Part shown: piece after piece, positions 38,688 through 52,652 of the stretch
Layout of the letters: the number at the start of each line of letters is the position of its first letter
How positions within the stretch are numbered: the first letter of the stretch is position 1
Assembly: GCA_044892525.1 (NCBI GenBank)
Contig: CM097887.1
Location: 142,640,397-142,704,396, forward strand
Source: Schmidtea polychroa
Taxonomy: Eukaryota
DNA: 64,000 nucleotides
Reading direction: 5' to 3'
Notes under the pieces: model-generated
What the model was told of the DNA's origin: nothing
The model's input: only the letters and a program-made list of their open reading frames with translations
Databases searched by the model: none
Position numbers and translations under genes: made by a program

Positions 38688-41018
38688 CTAAAGAATGAGA
38701 AGTCCTTTATTTACATCATTAAAATCCTTTCTACTATTTATTTTCTTTTTTATCGTGAGCTTTATCCTACCACATATGCATACAATCAGGATTGTCCCTC
38801 ACATCCATACCTTTGACATCACTTAACTCATCCAAACCGTAAACCTTCAAATCAACTCATCCCATCGTTCGTAATGAAGAGAAAATGAGAACCATCACAC
38901 GTTATTTCTCTACTCATATTGATATTGTACCTAGGTTCCTGGGTCGACAGTTATCATCTAATCGCAATAAGTTACTCCTTACCACTGATATATTTTTTCA
39001 CTTTTATTTATTATGACCTATTAAAGGTGGGTCTACTCCCTGGTTTTTATGGCTTATTGAGTTATGCCTGCTTTAATTTAAAAGAAGTAGTTCCATACTG
39101 TTGATGCATTTTGCGCTGTATTAAGTTAAAACGAATTCGTTAAAATTTATTACAAGTATTAATTTCCCTCATAAATTATAATTTAATTATTTAAATTTTC
39201 GCATTTCATGTTGTCATAACGACGCATATCGGTATGTAGTCGTGTACTGGTTTCAGGCTCTACCTGATGTGCACTAATGTGTATTATCTCGTCTTATTCA
39301 ATTATCGCAGTCCCCCCCCCTTAACAACTTCTAGACATTGTGTTTGCTAGTGTACTTTGATCTCGTCGCTTATTTATGCATGCCTACTAACACATTCTAC
39401 TATGACGCAATGATGATGTCAACTCACTCACGTCCCTTGTACTAGTGGATTTATCTGTGGGCAGGTTTGGGTCTGCTTATCTTAGTTACAGCATTATTAG
39501 TAGATGGCCTAGACGAATGGAAGATAAGGAGTCATACTTATAGAAGTAACGATTGTTGTGATTCAAGATTACCCAAATCTGTTATCGGTTGAAAAATGGA
39601 TTTAACTCTTGTGTTGTTGACTATGCTCAAAAACCTAATCGTCTCATCGATTAGCGCAGGTCGTTCCACAGTCGAACCGCTGGAATATTTTATCTATGTT
39701 GCTTGCTTCTCTACAATAGTCGTTTCTCGATCAGATGGAAAAATTTATCGATAATTGGTTCGAAATGATCGAATGATAATTTCCTTTAGGACTATAGTAA
39801 GTGCTTATGATTAATTAGAACTTTGCTGTTTACTTTCCTGTCAGGGCGAATCCTTATCGATGACAGTAGCTAATCGAAGGTTGATAACTAAGTCTCCTAC
39901 TCGTCAAATGACATATCACCGCGATGGGTTTAATCGCTAACGCTTTCTTAATTTATCCATTCTTAGGAATATAGAATATTCTAGATTTTTATCATTCATC
40001 AAGAAAACGAAAATGGGCGTTAGAATTATCAGTGAAGTTCGAGAATTTCATTACCCTCAAGGATAGTCGATATTCATATTCTGACGACAGGAGGTGACCT
40101 AACTCTGAATGGAATATGGCCGAACTCAAACTCGGATTTAATATCAAAAACGTGGTCGATCTCCTGAAATTTCCAGTCAGCGTATTGTCGGCATCGAAAC
40201 CGTATCGCTCAGAAGCTTCCTCAATAGAAAGTTTTCGACGGCTAATTTTATAGATAGCACTCGATGAAAGGATCGTTGACTCGATTTGTTTTCTCTCACA
40301 GGGTTTCCTTACCCCTCCCAAACCACCCAAGGACAGTACGCATTTCTGCCTACTGCCCCTGGACCGTCGTGAAGGATAACTCGACCCGACTTCACTCAAA
40401 TTCTTCCCCAATAAATGTACAATTAATAATTCATATTATTGTCAAACAAATATGGAAATAATGAAAGTTAAAAGCAAAATCAAATAAATAAGTATTTACC
40501 TGGCGGCCACGCCATCTGGATTCCGGGTATGATGACTCTTGCTAACGTAGGTTTTTATATTCATTTAGTAATCATTGTAATACTAATATCCATGTAGATA
40601 CTTGGCTGGTTCTGTCAATGCAATTTCTGGGTATTCATATTCATAAGCTCTCTCCGAAATGCATACGTAATTTAACCGCATCATACCCGAACTCCAAAAG
40701 ACGTCGTCGCCAGCATCATAGAGAGAAAGCAACATCTTTTGGTTTTTAAATATAAATTTTATTGAAACATAAAAGGTCTTTTGATATTAACTTCATAGTA
40801 AACATTAAAAATATCATACAAAATTCAAAACATAATTTACCAAAATTCTCCGAAGGTGTTGGGATTGAAATCAAAGTCTTGTCAATTTTTCCTTAGTTAG
40901 ACTGGTTCTTCTCAACTGGATTCGATCTCGACTATTATTTGCCTCTAAGTAATATCTGTTATGTCCAAGTATGAATATCGTTCGTAAGTCTGTGCTCGTG
41001 AGTGGTTCCTAGTTTCAT

Positions 41019-41100
41019 CCTGTAGAGTTTCGGGTTAGAATGATTATGATTTTAAATAAATTTTACCTGTAGAGTTTCGGGTTAGAATGATACTCTACAG
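41019..41100. repeat. 26-bp direct repeat with a terminal inverted copy
   Basis: cctgtagagtttcgggttagaatgat at 41019-41044 and 41066-41091; actctacag (41092-41100) is the reverse complement of ctgtagagt. Confidence 0.85.
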
Positions 41101-41812
41101 AGTTTTGTTGCTATTTATATATTATTTTCCGTCCAATCAGGACACACCTTGCTTGTAATTTTGTTATTTATTATTATTTTATGTTTTTCTTATCGTAGTA
41201 TATTATATTTTAATGACCCTACCTATTTCTATTATTGTTTTATTTATTTTCCTATTTTTTATTATTTTTCTCCTATTTTTCTGTGGTTTTATTGCTATTT
41301 TATTGTAACTTCATTTTTTGTTTTAATTAACATTATGGATGATTTTATTTTTATTTTGTTTTCCTTTAGTTTTCGTTTGTTTTTCTTAAATTTTGTGCCA
41401 TTTTATTTCTCTTTTACTGTTGTGCTCATTGGGTGCCTTCCCTTTTGTCTTATTTCCCCTTTACAGGTTTTGTTATTTTATTTAGTTATTCTTGTTTCTT
41501 TATGGATGTTTAATTTGTTTCTTCCTATGTTTCTCGTAATTTTTATATGTTTTTATTTTATTTACTCTATCTCTTCCTGGGTTCGTTTTTCCAACACCTT
41601 CAGAGCTTGGACCAACATAAATTATTAAAGGAGTAAAATGATTGTGGGAAATGTCGATAAGTGAAAGGAGCGTTCTTTTGGAACTCAGTCAAACAGCAAT
41701 GTAAGAGAGATCTTGAAAAATGAGAAGGGAAAAGAAGCAAATCAATAAAAACAGACAATTAAATAAAAGGTTATTCTTTATTAGCAAGTACAAATGCAAA
41801 ATAAGCAAAAAA

Positions 41813-41873
41813 GGTTAAGGTTAGGGTTAGGGTTAGGGTTAGGGTTAGAGTTAGGGTTAGGGTTAGGTTAGGG
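41813..41873 (+). repeat. Interstitial telomere-like (TTAGGG)n tract, about 10 units with variants
   Basis: ggttaagg(ttaggg)4 ttagag (ttaggg)2 ttagg ttaggg. Confidence 0.9.
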
Positions 41874-42012
41874 GGGTTGTAATAGGGGGTTGTAATACGC
41901 ATTTGAAACATTTGAGGTTTGTTGAAAATCGGTATCGTTGAATTCGTTGTAATCAATCACGCTCGGAGTCAGATCAGTAATTGACAATTTAATAATCACT
42001 GATCAACTACAA

Positions 42013-42410
42013 CAAGAGTGGGCAACCGGCGGCCCGCGGGTCATCAATTGGCGGCCCGCATGCTTTAATATTTTGAAAATATAATAAAAACTTTTTAAAA
42101 TACGATATAATACATTTTGAAAATTTGCCCGATTCATTATGCTTTATAATCAGGGCTATCAAGTATAAATAGTGCCAGTTTATCCTGTACCTAAGAAGCA
42201 TAATTTATTTAACATGCTCGCAAATGCTTTATTGTTTTTATGGCGGTTGTCTCAGACCCCACGACGGGCTATTACTGCGCTTCTCCTGTTCCTTAGTTGG
42301 AATTAGCACAGAAGCATTAGTTAAAAATTTACGCCTTTCAAACCTGCGGCCCGCCGCATTATTCAAAAATATTGTAATGGCCCTTTTACCAAAAAGGTTG
42401 GCCACCCCTG
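42013..42410. mobile_element. Non-autonomous hAT element (Buster/Charlie-like), 398 bp
   Basis: TIRs caagagtgggcaacc and ggttggccacccctg (12/15). 8-bp TSD aactacaa/aattacaa with central TA. Subterminal gcggcccgc repeats. Confidence 0.85.
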
Positions 42411-43059
42411 AATTACAATATACTCAACAGCAGTGTCCTAAACTTTAACCTATTACCTATAGTTTTAGTGAACATAAATACGGATCTCGGATAAGTTAGA
42501 TTTAAAATGAGTTATTTGCATAAAGCCATAGTGTGATAACAGATATTTTTTTATTAAATTTAATTATTTATTTAGCAGATATTTCGTAACATTCATTTTC
42601 CCCGCATAATATACAATTTAAAAATCTTTTTGGGTTCTAAAATTTAAAATATGCAAATAATTATAAAAGAAATAATGAAAATTGAAAATTAAGAAATCAT
42701 CGAATTAAAATTTGAAAAACGTGTCAGATGTAAATGAGATGATGGGAAAGACCATTCATCGGAATATGTTCAGAAAGAGTTTAAATGCAGGAAAACGTAC
42801 AAAAACAGAAAATGGTTAATTAATTAAGGAAAATCCGAGTTAAGTAAGAAAAGTGGATTCTGGAAAACCATTATCATGACAATATGAGTAATGGAAAAAC
42901 GGGAAAAGATTTTCGTAAGAGAGAAGCATGGTGGGACAATTAATCCTTTTTTCTCGAAGGAGAAAAGATGAAAAAGGCCGCGATGCAAAGCTTGTCAAAG
43001 GCAGACGATCTGGTTGAAATAACATTAATCAATACAATTATTTCAACTATATAAGGGAG

Positions 43060-43600
43060 CTCAGACCCAGAAATAATGGAATTTAAATTTAAGTATAATG
43101 GCATTTTAAAGTTTCGAAAAATATTATCGGCTTGCGTCGTACGTGCGTTTTGACTCAAAACATATCTTTTCCCTAATACACTACTTCTGATGACTTTTTC
43201 AGTAGTGCAATGCATAGACGAAATTAAAATATAAGTATTGTAAGATTTTAAAATATTAAAAAATATTAACAATTCGGGTGTATTTGGGAACTCTTAATTG
43301 TCGGAAGTTGCTTTTGGGGACCAAGTTTTACGATGGGAAGCCGACTCCGGATGCAATTATCAGTAGTGCAATGTATATATGGAATTTAAATTTAAGTATT
43401 ATGGCATTTTGAAGTTTTGAAAAATATCAATGCGTTGCGTCATACGTGCGTTTTGACACAAAATATAATTTTCCTAATAGATTACGACTTATGGCATAAT
43501 TTTAAGTATTGCAATGTATAGATGGATTTTAAAAGTAAATATAATAACATTTTAAAACTTTAAAAAATGTTAATGCCATGCGTCATATTTGCGTTTTTAA
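43060..43600. repeat. Degenerate ~140-bp tandem repeat (3-4 units, one interrupted by a ~90-bp insert)
   Basis: Recurring atggaatttaaatttaagtat..ggcatttt..gcgtc.tacgtgcgttttgac and agtagtgcaatg blocks at about 43075, 43201, 43363 and 43504. Confidence 0.75.
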
Positions 43601-46305
43601 ATAATTTTAACGAATAAAAAATTGAAATGATTTATTTATCGCATTTACATATAATAAATAATTTTTTTCTTGATTCGTGCTAAAACATTTCTCCATTGTT
43701 TATAAAAAATTGTATAAAATAATTAAAACACTATTCTATCTTTGCGAATCAGCCTGGTATGTTGACCAGATTTTCAGTTTCATTGAAAATGCGTCAGCAA
43801 AAAAATATTCTTTATTTATTTTAAATTTTATTCGTTATTACAAATTCTAATGAAACTAAAAATAAATAAATAAAAGAAACTGAAATAGTTTTTTACACTC
43901 CTATGGTAAACTGTTCAGGAAAACCACTTCATATCGCCCTATTCATAATGCCATCATTACGGCACAAATTTTAACATTTGACAAAATTTTAATTTTTAAA
44001 ATAAATTGTATAATCTTATGAAATCTAACATTTTCATTATTAAGTTGTTAAATATACACAAAAATAACTTAAAACGGAGTTTTAAAGTGTAGCCTAATCA
44101 TTTAATCTTTACATTTTAAGCTGATGAACTTATTTGCTAGAAAATATGTGAAATGATTAAAAATGATTAAAAACTTCTTGTAAATGAAACACTGGAAATC
44201 ATAGTTTCAAAATACAAATATATAATTAATATGATTCATCATACTATAATTCATATAAATTCGTTTTTTATGTTTTAATGTTTATTATTATAGTCAAGGT
44301 CATAATAAAATGTGGGGTTTATCTAGAGTAGTGAAGAAAGAAATCGACATACAGAGAATTAAATGGAAATCGATAAAAAGGGAAAAATTAATAAAAATTC
44401 GAAATTAATAAATAAAAACTAAATATTTAAAATAAAAATTGTAAAACAATAAAAATTTACATAAATCGGAGAAAACAAGGGTGCGGATGGCAAATAATGA
44501 GAAAAATACGAATACGATAATATAAAATCAAAGTGGATTCATAGAGAAACATATTAAATTTGATTGGTATATGGAATCCACAGCTTAAGTGGGAACTTTG
44601 AACTCTTTTCTCAAAATAAAGAACAGTAGTATTCAGAATCAATAAATCAAATAAAAGTGAAATACATTGAAACGGAATCAACATGTTTAAACAGAAAAGT
44701 ACAAAAATGTAAGATATATAATTAATTAATAGTCAGAATTAGATTCTTGAAAATGGGTCAAAGATATAATAAATGATGGGAATTATGTGGTTTTACTCAA
44801 GGCAACAGGAAAATCAAATGAACGAGAAATTTGAGAAATCATTATCACGACAGAGTGGTTGATTGGAGTAAATAAAAACCCGGTTATCACAAGGAATGCG
44901 TATTAACAAAAAATTAATTATTTTATTTTCCAAAGGATTTGTATAGAGAAGATTATAAAGGGAATGTCAAGTTGGTTTTACAATTATTAATTAAAAAGGA
45001 TTTTACAATGTAATGAAAATGGAAATCGTAATCAATTGACATTTTGCCTCAAGTAGAAAAACGAAACTAAGAGTTGGATAAACGGTTTAAAGAGTAAAAG
45101 ACTGTTTATTGGAAACTTTGAAATGGAGCTAGTAGGAAAATAAAAGATATCATAATGGAGGCTGAGGAGTTGAAATTTTTTTAGAGTGATTATTATTTCA
45201 TCGCACAAAGTATCGTTACTTAGTGGTAGCGAAAAACATGCAATTAAGCGATTTCTTTTGTGGTTTAAACATTTCATTTATAAATATTTGATATTCCATA
45301 AACGTTGAGTGTTACATATTAATTTGTTTCTCAAAGAAAACATGGAGTCAGAGCAACCGATTAATTATTAATTAAAACTTAACTATATGTTCTCGTGTTG
45401 TACTTAATTACTTCAGATAAAATCCTAGGTTTCATATTTTTTTAATTTTATTGTTGATTTTCCTTTAAAAATATTTTTATTTCAAAATCCCAGGATTGAA
45501 AATTGATCTTTTCCATGTGTCAAATATAATTTTATTTTTCATCCTAGAAAATAGCAAACTTCATCAACAATGATAAAATAATCAAACATTATATTTTTGT
45601 GCAGTTATAACTAAAATTTCGTTAAAAGTTAATATAAACTGGAATGAATTCAATTAATAATTAAATACAAAAGTACAATAATTTCCGATTGATAACATAA
45701 ATCTAAAGCTCCAGTTGCGAAAGACTGATATTTTATATATTGGTGAATTACTTTCTTAATGAATTTTAATAATATAAAATGTTGAAATATTAATCAAAAT
45801 ATATGTAAAATTGAAAACCAATCAAATTTGTGAATTATTTATTCTTAAATTATTAGCCAATTGTAACGTGAAGGTACACAAAAGTGATTAAAATGTGAAC
45901 AAAAGGGGTATCGAAACACTAGATATCCGAACATGATCGAGAAAAATAATAATGAAAATAAATAGTTCAATTAAATTCAATTATAAAGGAAATAGTAAAA
46001 TTCGTAAATAATCTACAACTCGATAAATCGACGTGATCCTCCAATTATTAATCATTGAAAATAAAGTTTCATGCTGCCGAACAAAAAAAGAATCTCGAAC
46101 AAAAACAGTAAAATACAAAATACCATTTAAATTACAAATAATCTCCAATGTACACATATAAAATGTTTATTTTCAATTTTGAAAGCTCTAGAAAAGTAAA
46201 AACAACAAAAACGAACTTCATTCTCATTTTGTATTAAAACATGTGTTTGAAATTTCAACTAATTGACAGGTAGGATAATAATATTTCGGTTGCCATAACA
46301 GCAGA

Positions 46306-46389
<84 letters not shown>
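46306..46389. repeat. (AAT)28 microsatellite
   Basis: Perfect AAT run. Confidence 0.98.
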
Positions 46390-46556
46390 TCCAGGGACTT
46401 GCTAAATATTGTTCGATAAAAATTAGACTTTCTTCATTAATTTGTATTTATAAAGATACAACTAAGTATCGTAAATGTTAAATGAACCATTTATGGGAAA
46501 CCTTTATATTTTCAATAATGACTATAGGATTCTTATGGCCTATGGCTACTAATGTT

Positions 46557-47225
46557 TCATATGAATTGAAAATCATCAATGTTGTGCTGTTCCTTTTGAA
46601 TATTGTTAAAAAAATCTATCCATTGTAAATCAAATTGGGATTTACTCCACAATAAAAATTGGTCCAGAGAATTTAAACGCTGCTCAACAGTATCTGTTTG
46701 AATAATATCACAAGCCGTTACAAAAATACTTTTCAAATCGTAAATCAATTTTGACAAAGTTCCATTCAAAACAGTCGGCGACGATTCTCGCCTTAACAAA
46801 GACGAATTCCAATCAACATCACAATAATCTTCTTTGGTTCTCAGTGCGATAATTTTTAATAAGGCAAACAATCCATAAAATGCAGGCGTTGGGCTGAGAA
46901 AATTTGATAATCCTGAACAGTATTTTGCCAGATATTGAAGAGAGGAGTATTTGACATTGTCTAATTCGAAAAATCTTGTCGACAGAAGTGTCAAATCAAT
47001 GTGAGAGTTGACCAAACTGACAGAATGATCCGTTGGATCTTGACTGGTGACGGTGAAATTGATAATGGGATTATCAAGAGATTCTGACTGAGAAATCTTT
47101 GAACTTTGATCAGAAAATAGAAAATTTTGACTGTCTTTATCTGACTGATATTGTTTCTTTTCCTGTTTCGGAAATCTGGTTATCAAATTGGAAAATATTA
47201 TTGGAATTATAACTAACAACAAGGT
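46557..47225 (-). CDS. Probable terminal exon of an unidentified minus-strand gene (hydrophobic segment followed by a globular region)
   Basis: 222 open codons after a ttctag acceptor, ending in a stop; starts TLLLVIIPIIFS. No family recognised. Confidence 0.55.
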   Translation of the reverse strand, partial: TLLLVIIPIIFSNLITRFPKQEKKQYQSDKDSQNFLFSDQSSKISQSESLDNPIINFTVTSQDPTDHSVSLVNSHIDLTLLSTRFFELDNVKYSSLQYLAKYCSGLSNFLSPTPAFYGLFALLKIIALRTKEDYCDVDWNSSLLRRESSPTVLNGTLSKLIYDLKSIFVTACDIIQTDTVEQRLNSLDQFLLWSKSQFDLQWIDFFNNIQKEQHNIDDFQFI

Positions 47226-47704
47226 CTAGAAGCAAAAATATAATTAAAAAAATTTATTGATAATAATATATTATCTAGTCTTTAATTAAATTTTTAAGGA
47301 TTATTAAGATTATTAAGAATAATAACAAATTTTAAAATAAAAAATTTCAACGAGATTATCTCTGCCACTCCTTTACCAAATAATTTTTCATTTCGAAAAC
47401 ATTGTATATCACAAGATGCGACGCAACGTGTGTAGGAGAAACATAAAGAACATACCGAACACGACTCGATGAACAAATTAAAAAGAAAACCAATACTTAT
47501 CACGAAAACTGGGAAAACGTACACAAATCAGCACCACTCTTACACAAAACAAAATGCAAAATACTACAAAACGCATTTAAAAATACATTAATAAAATTAG
47601 CCGCAGAAACTTTTTTTATCAAAAAGCACAAACCATCTATCAACCTTCAACTAACTTAAATTTCAAAAGGACATTTAAAATTCAATAATGATTAAAATCA
47701 CTTG

Positions 47705-47825
47705 AAAAAGGCTGTACCGAAAATTCGTGAATATCAAAAACATCGATATCTTTACTGATTCATAGTCAAGCTTTTTAATAAATATAATGTCAATTGAAAA
47801 TGAAGAGAAATCGAAGATGAAAATA
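47705..47825 (+). repeat. Dispersed repeat family A (other copies at about 51066-51120, 55561-55678 and 61745-61897)
   Basis: Shared aaaaggctgt..gaaaatt.gtgaatatcaaaaa..tcgatatctttactgattcatagtcaa..aatgtcaa.tg.aaagaaatcagaggtgaaaa. Confidence 0.85.
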
Positions 47826-49699
47826 AATCAAAGTACTTATATTATTATTATTATTATAAACATTACAATCTTTGTGATAGCCAGTGCAAATCCCAATAGT
47901 AGACTAGTTTCGAGCTTTTGACTCTCATCGTTACTATGCAGGAGACGCGAAGATTTCTCTTCGCGCCGTGCAAGAATGCAATATTGCTGATTCAATTCTA
48001 TTGCATATTTTCCCTGCTACACTGGAAATATCCATCACTTGCAAATTAGCTAAATCACTGAAAACATATCTGCAAACTTGTAAACATGGCGTATGAAAAA
48101 TCATATTATCCTCTGGAGACACCGTCTATACACAGAAACTGTTTACAAGTGCATCCGTAAACCTTTAGCATTTTTAACTTGTAATGGTGTAAAATATTTT
48201 TTTACAGATGTCTAACATTAAAATAATATCACAAAGCTTGTAATGTTTATATTATTTTAATGTTAGACATCCATAAAANNNNNNNNNNNNNNNNNNNNNN
48301 NNNNNNNNNNNNNNNNNNNNNNNNNNNNNNNNNNNNNNNNNNNNNNNNNNNNNNNNNNNNNNNNNNNNNNNNNNNNNNNNNNNNNNNNNNNNNNNNNNNN
48401 NNNNNNNNNNNNNNCAAAAATTAAGTAGTGCTATTCAGGAGCAATTACTTTGAAATTAGGTATCATATAAAGTAAAGAACACCCTGGTAGACTTTAAAAT
48501 TTTATTATTGGCCTTATCATAATAAAATTGTCATCAAAACGACTTTATTATAAATAAATAATAACTTTTAAAAATTTAATTCATAGAAACATTTAAATTA
48601 CTTTTTTTAATTTTAATCAATAAGAATTTAAAATAAATATGCTTTTTAACAAAAATTTAAGTCATTTTAAAAACGACAAATTTTAAATAAAATCATTTCA
48701 AAGAGAAAATCTATTTTCAGACACTTCAAATCCAAATTTGTTTACTTTTTATTGACAATTTCACATTTCAAGGTCAATTGTACTGCAATCCATTTCGGCT
48801 GGTACAAGTCGTTAAAACGTAAAGTAGAACGAATTCAAACTATTCTTTATCATAAAAAATGCCTCCCCCTCCTCTTACCATAAATCAATATCAATTCCGA
48901 AATTTATTCAAGCTACTAATTAATTTGAGATATCGGTTAATCCGACTGACTGATTTAACAGATCACTGCTAGGACGCGATTTTTACATAGATTATCCGAT
49001 CATTTAGTGATCCAAATCAAGGTCTAATTTCAAAGTCTTCATTAAAAGTGACTAATTGAAATTTATGAAACTGGCGTCGAAATCGATTTACAAAATAAAT
49101 TTTTGAAGGTTTATGTAACAGTTTTAATGCATCATTAGTGGAATTTTCTGCAGAAATTTTTTATTGTAAAATTTGTCCACTCTCACGCTTACTAGAATAA
49201 CCTAATGAATTTTTTAAGTAATTTATTCGGACTAATGTATCAGGGAATGAAATACATCGATAATAGTAAAAATAAACAGTGAATTTAATTTAATTAAATA
49301 TAACAAATTTGAATTAAATTACAATTAAAAATTTTTATATTTTAAAAATTGAAGACAAATAAATGATTGTTCTAAGGAGATTTTTAAGATAAATTTCCAT
49401 ATTAAAATTTATGGAAAAAATATTTATTACCACTAGTAAATCAAATTATTTAATAATATCACCAAAAATATTATCAAATGACCGAAGTTAAAGGTTATTT
49501 ATCATGAAAATCATTTATTTCTTTCATCATTGATTAAATATTTTAATTTTAAATTATACTCTAATTTCGATACAGATATTGTTATAAAAATTCTTGAAAA
49601 GTGGTTCCGAAATTTCGAGTTAAATAAAAAATAAAATATTGATCTGAAAAGAAAAAACAAATGAAAATTGATAAAATGTATTCATTGTCATGAATCAGT

Positions 49700-50492
49700 T
49701 ATTACTGCTAAACCACAAACAAAATATTCGATGCTAATGACATTTTCTTTCAACATCAAACTGTGGAAAACAGCCAGCAAATTTGCATAAGTATTTATTT
49801 GGTTAATTGGTATATAAATTATATATATACTTATATTAATTTGGCACATAAAACAGTAATTTTTAATTTGGTATAAATAATATAAATTCGTCTCGAAACT
49901 ATCTTATCTACAGTTTTTACATCGGACTCTTCTAGAAAAACCGCTGTTTCATCCATATTCCAAATGCCTTTCAAATATTTTTCAATCAAATAATGTATAT
50001 TTTGAATAAAACTTGATGCACGGGTTATAACTTCATCATCTGAAAGTGTTTGCTTGCTCGTAACTTTTCGTAGACAATATTTATTCCGTTGTAAAAATGC
50101 ATCCAACCAACCATTAATTTCATATTTTTTATATCGTATTCATTTATTAGATCTTTGGCCAAACTCGTGATATTCTTATACGAGACCTTTATATTCTTTA
50201 GTCTAGAATAATCTATTCTTTGCCAATAAATCTCCTTCGAAATCACCAGAGCTGAGTTTTTTGTCTCCACCACCGCTTCAATAGCGACTACTGGGTTCAC
50301 TTCATATATCCTCTTTGATTTCAATCCATTCAGATAGGGTTTTCTGTCGATTTTAAACTTTTTAGCTGTAAAGTCCTCTATAGCACAGATTTTATAGCTG
50401 TTTCAATGTTTCTGATGCTTCATGGATTGTTTCTAATTTATTTTAATTGATAGGGGATTTTTAAAGGTGAGGGATTATTAGAGGATTTACAG
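49700..50492 (-). mobile_element. pogo/Tc2-like DNA transposon remnant (CENP-B HTH plus start of DDE_1)
   Basis: Frameshifted ORFs ..LAKDL..MKLMVGW/MDAFLQRNKYCLRKVT..IWNMDETAVF. The left end on the minus strand reads TA|CTGTAAATCCTCTAATAA at 50492. Confidence 0.8.
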
Positions 50493-52208
50493 TAATTTTA
50501 AAATTAAAATAATTTTTTTTTCGTTCAGTTTAATAATATTAACTTTAAGGATTGAAATTTATTAAATTCATTTAAAGTTGTCTATAAACATGCCAATAGA
50601 TACAACATTAAAATTTTGAGTTTATGTTTTTATGTTTACGATCAGTTGAAAAATTCTAATTTCATCTTAATAATATTTAAAAAATTTCTAATTTTAAATT
50701 TGCCGATATTTTTATAAAAAGATTTTGATTATTGTAAAATACTAAAGTTAAATTACAAAATTATGTACAAAATTATGTATAGTCAATTATAAAAATTATA
50801 ATATAATTTTGACAAATAATTAATCTAAATAATCCAATAATATCTCACGTACAGGTTTTATAGTTAAAATATAATGCTGAATAAATAATTTTATATTAAT
50901 TTAATATTTATACTAATTACAACTAAAGCTGGTTGAAATTAATACAATATCTAACAATTATAACACAGATATTTAGATGTTAAAAGAGAAAATCTGTAAA
51001 TTAAATTAGAAAAAAACTAAGACTTGCATATTATTCCAATCTAACTCTGTCAAAAAAACTCAATTTTTTTAATAAATACAATGTCAATTGAAAAGAAATC
51101 AGAGGTGAAAATTGAAAAAAATTCCTATAATAATAAATATAAAGTTAATATATGAAACCGTTTTAATTTGATAATATAGCATATCAACAACTTCCAGACA
51201 ACTATTTAATAATATTAAGCAACCCCAGCTGTCAAGAATGAAATAAACAAAGTGGTATTGCTCTTAAAAATGCCATTTTAAATTCACAAAAATGATTTAT
51301 GACATAATTATAAAATCAGATGGACTTTTTGGATCCATCAAGATATTGAATATAATATTTCTTCCTTCGAAAATCATTCTATTTCTTTGATAATTCGGCG
51401 AGAATTTTAGTGGAAAATTCAATTTTTTATTGACAATAATTGCATTAGATTTATGATTATTATTGAAGTATAATATAATAAAAATTTTAAAACTAGAAAG
51501 AAATTATTAAATTTCTAAAAATTTTGCTGGATTCATCCACTTATGATCTGTCTAGCTAAATGCAAGACTAGAAACATCAGGATAATAATTATTTCTTTCG
51601 ATCACCAAGAAGCATTGGCTTTTGCAAGTTCTTTAAAAATATGCGCAGGATCTTTACTTACACAAGTATGAAATGAACAAGAAAGTATTTAGGAGTTTGG
51701 TAATTGGCGATTTGTACCGAAATACGCATACAGTAGTTTAAACACAATGCTATATTCTTAATACTTCTTTCAGAACTGTTTTCCCAAGTTTGGTAAACAA
51801 ATAATTTGTTTTCACTCTAAAATTTTCGTCCAATTATTTTTATTATTTCAAACAAAAACTTTTGTTATTCATCAATTTTTTTGTCAAAAAAAGAAATTTT
51901 TAAAACTAAACAAATCGTAATTCCAACACTTGGTTTACTAGATTCCGATTTTCTACCTTTTTATTTTCAAGAAATTTCCAATAATTTTATTTATTTAATT
52001 TGATTTATCAATAATTAAGTGTAATATTTAAATCAAAATTCCACATTTTAAGTTATAGAAGCAAATATTAATTTTTTTTATATCAACTATATGAATTTTC
52101 AAAAAAGAAATTCTAGTGGAAAATCATTTTTTAAATAACTATAAATGGCAATAATTATCTAAAATAATCTAAAGAAAATGTGTAAATGTAAAAAAAATGA
52201 CAACTCAC

Positions 52209-52652
52209 TTCATTCGATTTGTTTTCGATTAAATCAGTCAATTCGGATTTCAAAGATTTTCTCATAGAATTATTAGAACTCAGAATATCAATGATTTTAT
52301 CAAAAAATAATTTTATTTGTCTCAGAAAAATGTCTGTTAATTTAAAAAAAGAATTTTTCCAGTGATGATTTAATGATGATGATGAAGATGAGGATGAGGA
52401 CGAGAAATTCGTCAGCGAATCAAAACTATCCGAATTAACTGCTCCTAAATCCAAATGAATTTGGACATTTTTTGGATTAGGAAATATAACGGCTGGACTT
52501 AAAGTTGATTCCCAGATTTTTCCAATTTGAAATATTAAATTTTCATCTGATAAAAAATTTTGTGAGAGTAAATTATTTTCCGAGACTGCTTTGGTTTGTC
52601 GATGAAGGTCATCAGATAAAGTAAATTCTGAATAGTCTTCATTTTCTTCTAT
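52209..52652 (-). CDS. Probable internal exon (148 aa, phase 0-0) of an unidentified minus-strand gene
   Basis: tattatag acceptor, open frame IEENEDYSEF..STLSPAVIFPNPKNVQIHLDL..poly-Ser..KSNE, and a gtgagt donor. Confidence 0.65.

Noticed and set aside
41149-41628. 159-aa very hydrophobic ORF
   Set aside because: Artefact of T-rich strand bias; the opposite strand is A-rich and stop-riddled, like decayed retroelement DNA.
43187-43235. Hammerhead-like CTGATGA..GAAA
   Set aside because: No G-C closing pair for stem II and no stems I or III; not conserved in sibling tandem units.
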